From positions 448,001 through 512,000 of the forward strand of contig CAWJQQ010000001.1 in assembly GCA_963845065.1 (NCBI GenBank): a DNA stretch of 64,000 nucleotides, given 5' to 3'. Position 1 is the stretch's first letter; each line of letters starts with the position of its first letter. The position numbers and the translations under genes are program-made. The stretch is from Nitrospirota bacterium. GTDB lineage: Bacteria > Nitrospirota > UBA9217. Positions 10,243 through 21,099 of the stretch are shown one piece after another. Under the pieces are notes generated by a model. That model was given only the letters and a program-made list of their open reading frames with translations. It was not told where the DNA came from and did no database searches.

Positions 10243-11292
10243 TTAGAAATATTCTCTCAACTTCGATGCCAATTCCTCGGGCAGATTAATGATCAATTCC
10301 GAATGAAGTATCTTTTGCAAAAAATAATCATCATTTCGGTAATTGGGATACAGATTCTGCCGTGTGATCATTTTTAATATACAGCGAAATCCCTCTCCTT
10401 GTGCAGATCCCCTTACTGAAAGAAGTGAATAATTGAAGCTCAGATGGCCGATGCTTTCGTAAAACGTGAGAACTTTAGAGATGCCTTGAGAAAGGTCTCT
10501 CAGGTCTGTTATGGAGAGCTTCTCGAAATCACTCTCTCCTTCATTAATGGCAATCACTTCGTTAATCCCCATGGGAGAGAAGGCGGTAATCCAGTGCCAT
10601 CGGCCTTTTTGTCCAACATACCGCTCACCGATCTTCTTCTCCTCGTGGATCAAATCATCATAGTAAAAAGAACCATGTTTCCGATAATAAGAATGGCAAG
10701 CCTCAATAAGCCTTTCATGATAAGAATAGGCAATGGATGTAATCAGCATCTGCAAGTGAGGATGCACAAAGGTAGCGCCTGCGGGGAATAAGTAATTGGC
10801 ATTAACGGCGACGAATAAAGCTAGATGGTCCCGGCGATAAACCGAGTTAACAAAGGTTTGGGCCGCTTTCAGACCGTTTTCGATCAAATCGGGGTTGAAT
10901 TCTGAGAGTTTTAAAAAATGAGTCGTGCTAAGAGAAATGACTGAATGGTACGACCCTATAGGGAAAAGATTGGGGAATAACGTGGCCTCACCTATTCTAA
11001 CTCGCCCTTCGGGAACAAGATCTGACGGATATCGTGGAGTGTTCTTTTCGATCCTGTCGCCGCAGAAGATGCAGGTCTTGGCGCTTTCTTTCACCAAGTT
11101 CTTAATCAGCTCGGGATCGCTGTCTCCAAAAAAGAATTTTACTTTATCCTTTAGACTGCTGTTATAGACACTGGTGTCGCCAAGCAGAGGATCGCGCCTA
11201 ACTTGTACAGTATGAACATCCTCGCTAAAATTATGGAAGGGGTTCAGAATCTTTAACGTTGATTCAGACATGTTGAATTGAATGTTAGACAT
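10243..11292 (-). CDS. Galactose-1-phosphate uridylyltransferase-like (GalT/HIT) nucleotidyltransferase
   Basis: RRDPLLG, CIFC, FPNLFP and GATFVHPHLQ (HxHxQ) motifs. Confidence 0.85.
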   Translation of the reverse strand: MSNIQFNMSESTLKILNPFHNFSEDVHTVQVRRDPLLGDTSVYNSSLKDKVKFFFGDSDPELIKNLVKESAKTCIFCGDRIEKNTPRYPSDLVPEGRVRIGEATLFPNLFPIGSYHSVISLSTTHFLKLSEFNPDLIENGLKAAQTFVNSVYRRDHLALFVAVNANYLFPAGATFVHPHLQMLITSIAYSYHERLIEACHSYYRKHGSFYYDDLIHEEKKIGERYVGQKGRWHWITAFSPMGINEVIAINEGESDFEKLSITDLRDLSQGISKVLTFYESIGHLSFNYSLLSVRGSAQGEGFRCILKMITRQNLYPNYRNDDYFLQKILHSELIINLPEELASKLREYF

Positions 11293-11632
11293 AGAGCCTC
11301 CGTTTTCTGTTCGACTGTTTTGACCGAGTCCCTGTTTATGAAGGGAAAAGGGTTCTTTATTATCTCAAATGGGGAATCCGGCTTTACAATCATGCTTTCG
11401 CAGATCCTGTGTAAGTGCAGCAACAGTCTCCGATCATTTACCCTGAACGGCAAAGATTATTTTCATCTACTCCCGGCCGACAAAGAAGGAGACATAATCG
11501 AGCCCTATACCCTTTGATGTTTCCGCGAAATGGGGCGCGTGTCACTGACGGCAAGAGTATAACTATTTTGAGTAACAATTTTAACTGGTGCTATCGCACA
11601 AAAAGGGCATGTAGCAATCTATTCTCCCTTGG

Positions 11633-12103
11633 TCAAAACCGCAAAGTCGCTTTGAAGCGCTTCGGATTCAGCAGTAAGTCGAGCCCCTCAACCGCGCTCC
11701 TAACATGGATGTTCGCAGCCAGGATCGCGTCTACAGCGCATCCTTCCCCCTCTGACACCGCAATGCCGATCCGTGCGACCTTGAGCATTTTCCGGTCGTT
11801 GTTTCCATTGCCGAAAGCGACGACGTTCTCCGCCCCGAGTTTCGTTACATACTCTTCTTTCTGCACGTCATGGTTTTCTCCAGTTAGTATGTGTATTTCG
11901 GAGTTGATACCTTTCAGTTCTGCCTGCGCTTTACCGAAGGTATCAGCGGTAAGAATATGAATTTTCATAAACTCAGCCAGCTTATTCAGTCGCGCATCCA
12001 CCTTCGGTATAAGTTGCCCGTTTACAGACAATGTGCCGGTAAAATCCGAAACCAAGTGCTCCAGTCTGACCAAACCGAATCCGGGAATATCGATCTCAAG
12101 CAT
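11633..12103 (-). CDS. HAD-superfamily hydrolase (soluble P-type ATPase-like)
   Basis: DFTGTL, LTADTFG and GNGNND motifs. Confidence 0.9.
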   Translation of the reverse strand: MLEIDIPGFGLVRLEHLVSDFTGTLSVNGQLIPKVDARLNKLAEFMKIHILTADTFGKAQAELKGINSEIHILTGENHDVQKEEYVTKLGAENVVAFGNGNNDRKMLKVARIGIAVSEGEGCAVDAILAANIHVRSAVEGLDLLLNPKRFKATLRF

Positions 12104-12121
12104 GAATGATTCCTTTCTTGA

Positions 12122-12941
<820 letters not shown>

Positions 12942-13009
12942 GCCGGTTTCTTTCCCGTGCTTCATGCTTCGACACTTCTGGAATAGTGACTATTAAGATA
13001 CCATAACCG

Positions 13010-13413
13010 CAACAAATCTGCCGTTAATTCTGGACGTTCTCACGAAAGGTGTGTTGATTGAAATTTTTCGAAAATCACTTTTGTACTTTCTCATTAAAGA
13101 GATTGGTCGATAGCGTTCTTAACTCAGCGAATCGAGATATCGGTTTATCGCATCCGTACTTGTCGATGCTGATAAGATTCTCGCTGTGTTGAATCATGAA
13201 TTCCGCTATCGTAAATAGGATTTCCCACAACGTACTGTTGTTCCTTCAATACATCGGTTTGGGTGAGGCGCCGATCTCGAACCGTGTTGGATAGACATAA
13301 TCGATAAAGGTACTCCTGCCCACACCCTCCGGACCGTTGATATGCATGCTATGCCGGCGCCTGATATGTAATCGTACGGTCCCTATTTCTTCTTTTCGGC
13401 CTGCGATATTCAT
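13010..13413 (-). pseudogene. Relic of a P-loop/AAA-type ATP-binding protein
   Basis: MNIAGRKEEI..INGPEGVGRST (degenerate Walker A) followed by stops. Confidence 0.6.
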
Positions 13414-13453
13414 GGTTTTCTTGCATGCCTGTGCCGGGTCCCCGGAATGTATC

Positions 13454-15241
13454 TCATCCTTTTTTTGTACCGTCGGTTGACGACCGTATCCGCATAAGTC
13501 TACCTCTGATTCCATCAAGGTTCTTTGCAGTCTCAGCGAGCGCTTCTTTTCTTGAGTCCATTTCCTGCTCCCCGCTTGATCGCTTCGTCACACCTTTTTC
13601 GATAGCTGTCCCGATCCCCTCGATTGTTGCATCGATCTTCTGGAACATCTCCCACCGGAAGTCTAGTTTGCTCTTGTCAAGACGTTCTTCAAAATCGTTT
13701 CCTGCCCTGGCGACCTGCATGGTAACGACCCGTTGGAGATATTCTTTCATCTTCTTGAGGACGATCTTATCGCCGATGAATTTTGGCAGGGCAAGGGTCA
13801 AGGTTGAAGCGATTATCGCCGTACCTACAGGCTGCTCCTTGAACTTGTAGTAGAAACCGGACTTGACGCTCCAGAGGGCTTCCGCCTTGACCGAGTCGAA
13901 GGGCACGGCAAACAGCTCGGAAGAATAGCGGAGCAGCTCGTCAACCGTGTCGTTGATCTTTGTGATGAACCGTTTGCAGATGGTTTCGAATGCCTTTGCG
14001 AGCCGCTCATCCTCCATGGCGCGCCAGGTGATGCAAGCCTGTTTTATATGGTTGATGACCGCTTCCTCCAGGGTGCTGCGTAAATCTTTCAGGGAAAGAC
14101 CCTTGTTTTGCTCGAATTGATCTGTCAGATACGCCTGCTCATCAGGCATCATGTCCCTTACGAAACGCTGTAAATCATTCTCTAGTTCTCCCTTGACCAA
14201 TCGTGAGACTTCACCTTCGAGCAGGATTTCGAAGTCCCGTTTCACCTGCTCCACTTCGCCTTTCTTGTTCTCAAATGCCTTTATTTTTTCCTTCAGTTCT
14301 TCAAGCGGTGTCGTGAGCGACTTCAGTTCAAGTTCCAGCTCAAGTTTCGCCTGGGAAATGCTCCGAAGGAGGTTGTTCGACACAGACAGAAGAAGAACGT
14401 TTCCTTTCTCGTCCATCAGAAACCTGTTCAGGTCATTGGAGAAGAGGGGAAGCATACTCTTCTGGATGAGTTCATCGGACTTCGAGGCTATTCCTTCAAG
14501 GGCGAGCCTTGCAGACACTGGAAAGAGCCTAACCTCCGAAGCCATGGTTTCTTCCAGCCCATTCTTCGAGAATTTTATAGATTCCTTGAGGTCGTTCTCC
14601 CGTAGGTAGTCTGCCTTGTTCATGACGAAGAATATCTTGTTCGAGTACTCTTTCACGTCCATTAAAAAGTCAAGCTCTGCCTTGCTCATGGGCTGGTCTA
14701 CGGAAAGAAGAAAGAGTGCGGCATCCGATTTCGGCAAATACTGGTACGCGACGTCCGTATTGTGCTGGTAGATCGAGCCCACGCCGGGCGTATCGATAAG
14801 ACGAACTCCGTCCTTAAGATAAGGCGAAGGGTAGGTGAGGACAACTTCGCGGACATCTTTGACGTTCTTAGGATTGCCCTTTTCCGTAACGTATTCCACG
14901 AGACTTTCCGGTTTGATCTCGGTGATTTTCCCATCGTTGAAATAAACCTTGATCCTGAGCGCTTCGCCCCAGGTCATGATAGTCACGATGGAGGTGAGGG
15001 GAACGACGGCCACGGGCAGGATCTCTGCGCCCAGAAGCGCGTTGATGAGGCTCGTCTTCCCGCGCTTGAACTGGCCGACGACCACGAGATTGAAGGCGTT
15101 GCTCCGGACCTTTTCTTTCAGGTCCTCGCAGGCGCAGCCGCGGATGTTCTCGATACCGAGCATTTCGTCCATGCAGTCCAGCAGGTCGGTTTTCAGTTTG
15201 GAGTATAATGATGTAGCCGATGACCTCATTTCCGGATTCAT
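13454..15241 (-). CDS. Bacterial dynamin-like GTPase (start placed at the ATG after AAGGAG; 15262 is an alternative)
   Basis: G1 GQFKRGKT, G2 PLT, G3 DTPG, G4 NKAD; long helical stalk. Confidence 0.92.
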   Translation of the reverse strand: MNPEMRSSATSLYSKLKTDLLDCMDEMLGIENIRGCACEDLKEKVRSNAFNLVVVGQFKRGKTSLINALLGAEILPVAVVPLTSIVTIMTWGEALRIKVYFNDGKITEIKPESLVEYVTEKGNPKNVKDVREVVLTYPSPYLKDGVRLIDTPGVGSIYQHNTDVAYQYLPKSDAALFLLSVDQPMSKAELDFLMDVKEYSNKIFFVMNKADYLRENDLKESIKFSKNGLEETMASEVRLFPVSARLALEGIASKSDELIQKSMLPLFSNDLNRFLMDEKGNVLLLSVSNNLLRSISQAKLELELELKSLTTPLEELKEKIKAFENKKGEVEQVKRDFEILLEGEVSRLVKGELENDLQRFVRDMMPDEQAYLTDQFEQNKGLSLKDLRSTLEEAVINHIKQACITWRAMEDERLAKAFETICKRFITKINDTVDELLRYSSELFAVPFDSVKAEALWSVKSGFYYKFKEQPVGTAIIASTLTLALPKFIGDKIVLKKMKEYLQRVVTMQVARAGNDFEERLDKSKLDFRWEMFQKIDATIEGIGTAIEKGVTKRSSGEQEMDSRKEALAETAKNLDGIRGRLMRIRSSTDGTKKG

Positions 15242-15266
15242 TGTTGTTGACTCCTTACTCATAGAG

Positions 15267-15426
15267 AAAAAAACTCCTACCCTCATATTTTGAGAGTAGG
15301 AGTCATTAGCTTCCTAAGAAGCGGTTTAGCCCGTTAGAGAACTAAATCACCCATCTACATTCATACGCCGACAATTTCAATTGCTCCGGCATACTCTCTA
15401 ACGAGGTTAAGGCGAACCCCATCACC
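15267..15426 (-). ncRNA. Fluoride (crcB-motif) riboswitch with terminator platform, interrupted by a 78-nt insertion
   Basis: GGTGATGGGGTTCGCC-TTAA-[insert]-TAAACCGC..GCTAATGACTCCTAC, then ACTCCTACTCTCA..TGAGGGTAGGAGT-TTTTTT. Confidence 0.85.
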
Positions 15427-15485
15427 GTTATTCAAATCAAAAAATCTTCGGCCGCGGCCGTCAAAAGACCTGAGACTCAGGAAGA

Positions 15486-15725
15486 TCATTCAAAATCGGT
15501 TTCCTGGTTTTCCCCGGCGTCGGTTCCTTTTGTTTACTCTCTTTCAGTGGCAGCCTCTCTCTGTGAATTATCTTCCTCTTCGGGTTCCTCGGTCTTCTGC
15601 CCAGCATGCTTGGCCAATATGATCCTTTCCGCATCGAGCCAACCATCATAGTCCCGACCGGGCATATAGCCTCTTACTTCACATAGTTCATATGCAACCG
15701 CAGCGATCTAATCATGCAGATTCAT
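15486..15725 (-). pseudogene. DUF2934-domain protein pseudogene
   Basis: AGGAGG RBS; MNLHD*IAAVAYELCEVRGYMPGRDYDGWLDAERII with in-frame stops. Confidence 0.7.
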
Positions 15726-15835
15726 CACTTTCCTCCTTCATCGCTATAAGGCGGTCATTCTCGTAGATGATGTCAACCGGGGACTCTGCCTATCTGCCTA
15801 TATATTTCAGCGGAATAGCTAATTCCTCTCAGCAG

Positions 15836-16555
15836 TCACACCAAGCCCTCCTGGCCTACGTCCCTATGGGTATATTTTATCACATTCACGTCCGAAAGCA
15901 CGACAATGCCTTCGCCCACCATATCGTCGAGGATTGGTATTACCTTATTGATCTTTTCCTCGGTGTCCATGACGGTGATGAGGATAGGCAGTTCTCCGTG
16001 GACTGTAAAAGTTTTCTTTTTATGGTATCGGTGGTGGGGACCATAGCCCGCAATTGCTTTATACACCGTGGCCCCTGCGATATCCGTCATGATGAGCCTT
16101 TTAACGATAGCCTCGTACAATGGCTCGCCTTCCCACGTGTCATCCTCGCTGATAATTATTCGGAGCATTTTGGCCTTGCCTTCGAGCTTCATGTGCTCTC
16201 CTTTTTCTTTTTGCTTATCTTCCACCTTCGGACAGCACTTGACGACGTTCGTGTCCGTGATTTCGACCATGCCTTTTTCAACCACATGGTAAACATCAGG
16301 AAGGACGTTGTTGATCATATCCTCCGATTCCACGACCTCAACTTTCACCGGCATATTCGTGGACAATTCAAGCATCTTGGCCGTGTGAAACACACCGTCG
16401 CTACCGTAGCCCGCAATACCCCGGAAGACGCTCACGCCCATGATTTTTTTCCTGAAGAATATGTCGAGTAAAACTTCATAGACCGGTTTTCCGTGGAACT
16501 TGTCCATCTCATCAACATAAACGGTCAGTTTTTTCGCAGCCCCTTTTGTTACCAT
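15836..16555 (-). CDS. Tandem DUF190 (PII-like) protein
   Basis: Two repeats of xxExDxxxGxPxYE..GxxVxxxIAGYG..LP; directly downstream of crcB. Confidence 0.9.
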   Translation of the reverse strand: MVTKGAAKKLTVYVDEMDKFHGKPVYEVLLDIFFRKKIMGVSVFRGIAGYGSDGVFHTAKMLELSTNMPVKVEVVESEDMINNVLPDVYHVVEKGMVEITDTNVVKCCPKVEDKQKEKGEHMKLEGKAKMLRIIISEDDTWEGEPLYEAIVKRLIMTDIAGATVYKAIAGYGPHHRYHKKKTFTVHGELPILITVMDTEEKINKVIPILDDMVGEGIVVLSDVNVIKYTHRDVGQEGLV

Positions 16556-16564
16556 AGGATTCTC

Positions 16565-16939
16565 CTATATGATTTTCGCGAGGATTTCTCCCGTTTTGAG
16601 AGCGGCAAAACCGGCGATCACACTTAACACCACATTCATTGTAGCGTAAAAATATTCGCCATCCGTCACAAGCTTGCCGGTCTCGTACTGGAAGGTTGAA
16701 AAGGTGGTGTAGCCGCCCAGAAAGCCTACAACGAGCAGTAGCCTCCAAGCTGGGTTTTCCGTGAACCGTTCCGCCATCAGGGTCATGAGTAAGCCGATGA
16801 AAAAGCTACCGCTGATATTGATCACGAACGTTCCCAGCGGAAAGCTTCTTCCCCACCGCTGGCCGATCCATGTCCCGAGCGCGAACCGGGCGGCGGCGCC
16901 GGTGCCTCCGCCTGCAATAATTATAAGGTATTTTATCAT
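16565..16939 (-). CDS. crcB: Fluoride channel Fluc/CrcB
   Basis: GGGTGAAAR, FPLGTFVINISGSF, GFLGGYTTFSTF. Confidence 0.97.
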   Translation of the reverse strand: MIKYLIIIAGGGTGAAARFALGTWIGQRWGRSFPLGTFVINISGSFFIGLLMTLMAERFTENPAWRLLLVVGFLGGYTTFSTFQYETGKLVTDGEYFYATMNVVLSVIAGFAALKTGEILAKII

Positions 16940-16957
16940 TCGGCCCTTCGCAGTAAG

Positions 16958-17383
16958 CTATTTAACGGTCGTGACCGTACAGGGCGTGTAACTCGATATC
17001 CGCTTTGATATGAAGCCGAGAAGCCACTGTGCGCTCTTTGATTTTTCTCGCTGATCTACGATAATCATATCACTCTTTTTCTCAGTGGCATATTTAATGA
17101 TCTGGTAAACATGATGCCCCTACAGCGGCTTCGGTCTTTACTCTCAAGTTCTGTCCCTTGGCCTTATTCCCGAGACTTTTGCAGAAGTCTCCGTAGTGTT
17201 GTGTCTCGCTGTCGATGATGGCATCCGCCTCGACAATGTCCACAGGCTCAGTTGGCTGAGTAATGGACAGTGCGATGATTTCAGGTCCCGAGCACAGGCA
17301 AAATTTTAACATTCCCAAGCGAAGTCGAAAGCCTTATTAGACTGCAGTGAGCCGTAGAATGAAACGAGTATTCTCTTCAGCAT
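16958..17383 (-). pseudogene. Universal stress protein pseudogene
   Basis: MLKRILVSFYGSLQSNKAF...VGHHVYQIIKYA..DMIIV..WLLGFISKRISSYTPCTVTTVK across frameshifts. Confidence 0.8.
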
Positions 17384-17397
17384 AAAACATCTTCTCA

Positions 17398-17712
17398 TTA
17401 CAGGACGATTTCCAAGGATATTACCTGAGCAGAGGCGATCCCCGTCTCCTCTTTCGGCAAAAGATGACGAGAGATGAAGAAGGCATTGGCAACGGGTGTA
17501 GGCACAAGAGTGCTGCCAATCACGACGAAGACGAGAACGGAACACTGCTGCCGGCCGATGATTTGGTGTGACAATCCGAACAGAGCAGATATCGAACCGA
17601 AGGTGAGCCCCGTTGACATGAGCAGAGTCATATAGATGCTTTCCTCGAGTTCGTATTCGTAAACTCTGGTTACAGGATAAATGCCGATGATCTTGGTGAT
17701 GATTTTGTCCAA
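17398..17712 (-). pseudogene. C-terminal fragment of a cation:proton antiporter
   Basis: TLLMSTGLTFGSISALFGLSHQII..VIGSTLVPT; only ~100 aa remain. Confidence 0.75.
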
Positions 17713-17941
17713 GAATAAAATAGTTCATAATGAATAATGTATCACATTGCAACTGTTTTTATATTGGCGATTGTGCATGGAGCATAGCTCGAAAACTCAC
17801 TTCGTTACGGAGCCAAGGAGCCAACTTGCGATCTCCGATTTCCGAATGCGTTCCACTAACTAAGTCATTCCATTCTCTACTATGCGCTGACTCGACGATG
17901 TAAAGTTCCAAAAATCGCCATTTGCGATTATACTGCCTGCT

Positions 17942-20083
17942 CTAAAGCAATGATCCAAGAACGAGCACCAGCAGGAGCAACAACAGAGCATATGCGATAT
18001 AGGCGTTGATCCGCCCATGATGCATAAGGGCGAAACCATGCGCCAATCCGACAACAGCTCTTTTCGTCGGTTGCAGGAAAAGACGGTCCACGATGTGCAC
18101 CTCCTCCCGTTCACGCAGAATCGCCACGCGGAAATGCTCGGCCACGGTTTCCTTTGTGTCCTCGGCGATGGTCGGGCGAAACACAGCGTCGAAAATTACG
18201 CGTACGGGGTTCGAGAAACCCGTCGCGGTGTAGGTCATCTCAGGCCACAATTGCCGCAGTCCGCCGTCCCAGCACGTTCGACGCGTCACCCGGCGATTGC
18301 GCGCCAATATGAAACGTACGACTACATACGTCAGTCCCAGCAAAACGATCAGCATCGCCAGCATGTACGATGTGGACATGGCGAACACGACGGGATTCTC
18401 CTTGCCGCCGCGATGCAAAACGACAAGGCCGCGTCCCGGCAGGACCGCCTGCCCAACCTGCGCGCCCAGATCATGAAACTCCGAGACAAACTCGTGCGGC
18501 AACTGTTCATGCCCGGCGCTGTCGGTAAAGAACGGTGGCACGAGAGCATCGGCGGCGTTTGTGCCCGTAAGCGGCGACAACGCTCCGTTCAGCGTCGGGA
18601 TAACATAAGTCGGTAACACGCCGAGCAGCAGGCAAAGCGCGGCAAGCAGCACCATAGGAGCGATGGCCGATCGTTGTGGTTCGGTGGCCTTCCTGGCTTG
18701 TTCCGAGCGGGTAATTCCCAGAAAACCCATCGCGAACGCCTTCACGAAGCAAGTGACCGCCAGTGCGGCAGTGAGCGCCAGACCCGCGCCGCAGAGGGCA
18801 AAGACGAGTCGGAGCACCGTCGAGGTAAGCTCGGCGCTGCGCAGCATCGTCTGCAGCATGAGCCACTCACTGACGAAGCCACTGAAAGGCGGCAAAGCCG
18901 AGATGGAGAGCGCCCCCACCAGGAACGTGGCCGCCGTCCATGGCATCCCGCGTATCAGTCCGCCCAGTTTGTCCAAATCACGTGTCCCAGCCCGATCGTC
19001 CACCGCTCCCGCACCCAGAAATAATAGCGCCTTGTAAACGGAATGGTTGATCATGTGGTAAAAGGCGGCGATGAACGCGATGCCTGCCGGCACGGGTTGC
19101 CCGCTTGCAGTGAACACAAAGCCGGCGCCCAACCCGACAGTCACGATTCCGACGTTTTCAATCGAACTATGCGCCAGCATGGTCTTCAGGTCGTTTTCAG
19201 TGCTTGCGTACAGGATTCCCAGCAAGGCTGAGATCGTTCCGATGATTAGCACGACGAGACTGGGCCCGATCGTAGTGATCGGGAGCAGATCGAGGTTGAC
19301 CCGAACGATGCCGTACAGCCCAAGGTTCAAGATGACGCCTGAGAGAATGGCGGAAACGTTTGCTGGAGCAGCGGGATGCGCACGCGGCAGCCAGCTATTG
19401 ACGGGCGCGAGCCCCGCTTTCACGCCGAACCCGAAGAAGGAGAGGAGAAACACCGCCCACCGTGTGCCCGAGCCGGCAGCTACCAACCGACATGCCGAAA
19501 ATTCCAGCGTCCCAGCCTTAGCGGCCAGAAGTAATAATGCCAGAGCGCCAGCCACGAATCCAGCTTCACCCATCGCCAACATAAGATAACCCGCCCGGCT
19601 TGTCTCTGTGCGTTCATGCTCGAAGTTGACCAGCAGGTAACTGATGATGGACATCGCCTCCCAGGAGAGCAAGAATCCAAGGACATCGCCTGCGATCAGG
19701 ATCAAGACGATCGAGGCGAACAATAACAGATACCAAACGCTGAATGCCTTCAGACTGTAATGCCCGAGGTATCGTTTAAGATAACTTGTAGAGTAAATAG
19801 AGCTGGCCAGCGTTACCAGGGCTGTGACGAACACGAAGATAGCCGATAGACGATCCAGCGACACATTCAATGTGACCAGCGTAGAAATCGTCCAGAGCTC
19901 AGCGTGAAAGGCGCGTCCTGACCACAAGACGTTTCCGCTGGCCCACAGTGTCAGCAGCGACGCCAGCGAGCCGACCCATGCCAGCATGGGAGGATTGCGT
20001 CGTTCAGGGAGAATGATCGCCAGCAAAATGCCTATACAGCACAGCGTAAAGACCAATACGAGCGGTAACCCGGTATCAGCCAT
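17942..20083 (-). CDS. hyfB: HyfB-like proton-translocating membrane subunit (NuoL/MrpA family), copy 2
   Basis: WEAMS, GVKAGLAPVNSWLPRAHPAAP, LAHSSIEN, LPPFSGFVSEW. Confidence 0.9.
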   Translation of the reverse strand: MADTGLPLVLVFTLCCIGILLAIILPERRNPPMLAWVGSLASLLTLWASGNVLWSGRAFHAELWTISTLVTLNVSLDRLSAIFVFVTALVTLASSIYSTSYLKRYLGHYSLKAFSVWYLLLFASIVLILIAGDVLGFLLSWEAMSIISYLLVNFEHERTETSRAGYLMLAMGEAGFVAGALALLLLAAKAGTLEFSACRLVAAGSGTRWAVFLLSFFGFGVKAGLAPVNSWLPRAHPAAPANVSAILSGVILNLGLYGIVRVNLDLLPITTIGPSLVVLIIGTISALLGILYASTENDLKTMLAHSSIENVGIVTVGLGAGFVFTASGQPVPAGIAFIAAFYHMINHSVYKALLFLGAGAVDDRAGTRDLDKLGGLIRGMPWTAATFLVGALSISALPPFSGFVSEWLMLQTMLRSAELTSTVLRLVFALCGAGLALTAALAVTCFVKAFAMGFLGITRSEQARKATEPQRSAIAPMVLLAALCLLLGVLPTYVIPTLNGALSPLTGTNAADALVPPFFTDSAGHEQLPHEFVSEFHDLGAQVGQAVLPGRGLVVLHRGGKENPVVFAMSTSYMLAMLIVLLGLTYVVVRFILARNRRVTRRTCWDGGLRQLWPEMTYTATGFSNPVRVIFDAVFRPTIAEDTKETVAEHFRVAILREREEVHIVDRLFLQPTKRAVVGLAHGFALMHHGRINAYIAYALLLLLLVLVLGSLL

Positions 20084-21099
20084 GGCGTTTTCTCCTTTCC
20101 TTGCCCGATCAAATTCGTGCGTGATTCAGGTCGATCAGTTATGCATCTGCGATTCTACAAACTCCGCAGATCGCCGCTTGTGATCATTAAAAGTCACGGA
20201 AGCGGCGATCATGGCCTCACTTTCTTACGACGTCTGGAAGAACCAGACCCACAGAAGTACAACGAGCAACGACAAAAGCGCATAGGCGATGTAGGCGTTG
20301 ATCCGACCCTGGTGCAGGACCGCCAGGCCACGGGCTAACCGGAGGGCGGCATACTTCACGGGCTGCAAGATAATCCGGTCCACGATGTGCACCTCCTCCC
20401 GTTCACGCAGAATCGCCACGCGGAAATGCTCGGCCACGGTTTCCTTTGTGTCCTCGGCGATGGTCGGGCGAAACACAGCGTCGAAAATTACGCGTACGGG
20501 GTTCGAGAAACCCGTCGCGGTGTAGGTCATCTCAGGCCACAATTGCCGCAGTCCGCCGTCCCAGCACGTTCGACGCGTCACCCGGCGATTGCGCGCCAAT
20601 ATGAAACGTACGACTACATACGTCAGTCCCAGCAAAACGATCAGCATCGCCAGCATGTACGATGTGGACATGGCGAACACGACGGGATTCTCCTTGCCGC
20701 CGCGATGCAAAACGACAAGGCCGCGTCCCGGCAGGACCGCCTGCCCAACCTGCGCGCCCAGATCATGAAACTCCGAGACAAACTCGTGCGGCAACTGTTC
20801 ATGCCCGGCGCTGTCGGTAAAGAACGGTGGCACGAGAGCATCGGCGGCGTTTGTGCCCGTAAGCGGCGACAACGCTCCGTTCAGCGTCGGGATAACATAA
20901 GTCGGTAACACGCCGAGCAGCAGGCAAAGCGCGGCAAGCAGCACCATAGGAGCGATGGCCGATCGTTGTGGTTCGGTGGCCTTCCTGGCTTGTTCCGAGC
21001 GGGTAATTCCCAGAAAACCCATCGCGAACGCCTTCACGAAGCAAGTGACCGCCAGTGCGGCAGTGAGCGCCAGACCCGCGCCGCAGAGGGCAAAGACGA
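18084..21099. repeat. Apparently identical ~724-bp direct repeat (18084-18807 and 20376-21099) inside the two hyfB paralogs
   Basis: Same sequence at offset 2292; alternative-frame ORF translations in the track are identical over the tract. Confidence 0.9.

Noticed and set aside
15767..16471. Long plus-strand ORFs opposite real genes (also 27217-28008, 37406-38029, 50982-51626 and others)
   Set aside because: Antisense shadows of well-supported minus-strand genes; no motifs
20160..20215. Regulatory RNA between the hyfB copies
   Set aside because: Hairpin GATCGCCGCTT..AAGCGGCGATC is present but has no U-tract or known motif; probably just a stability stem
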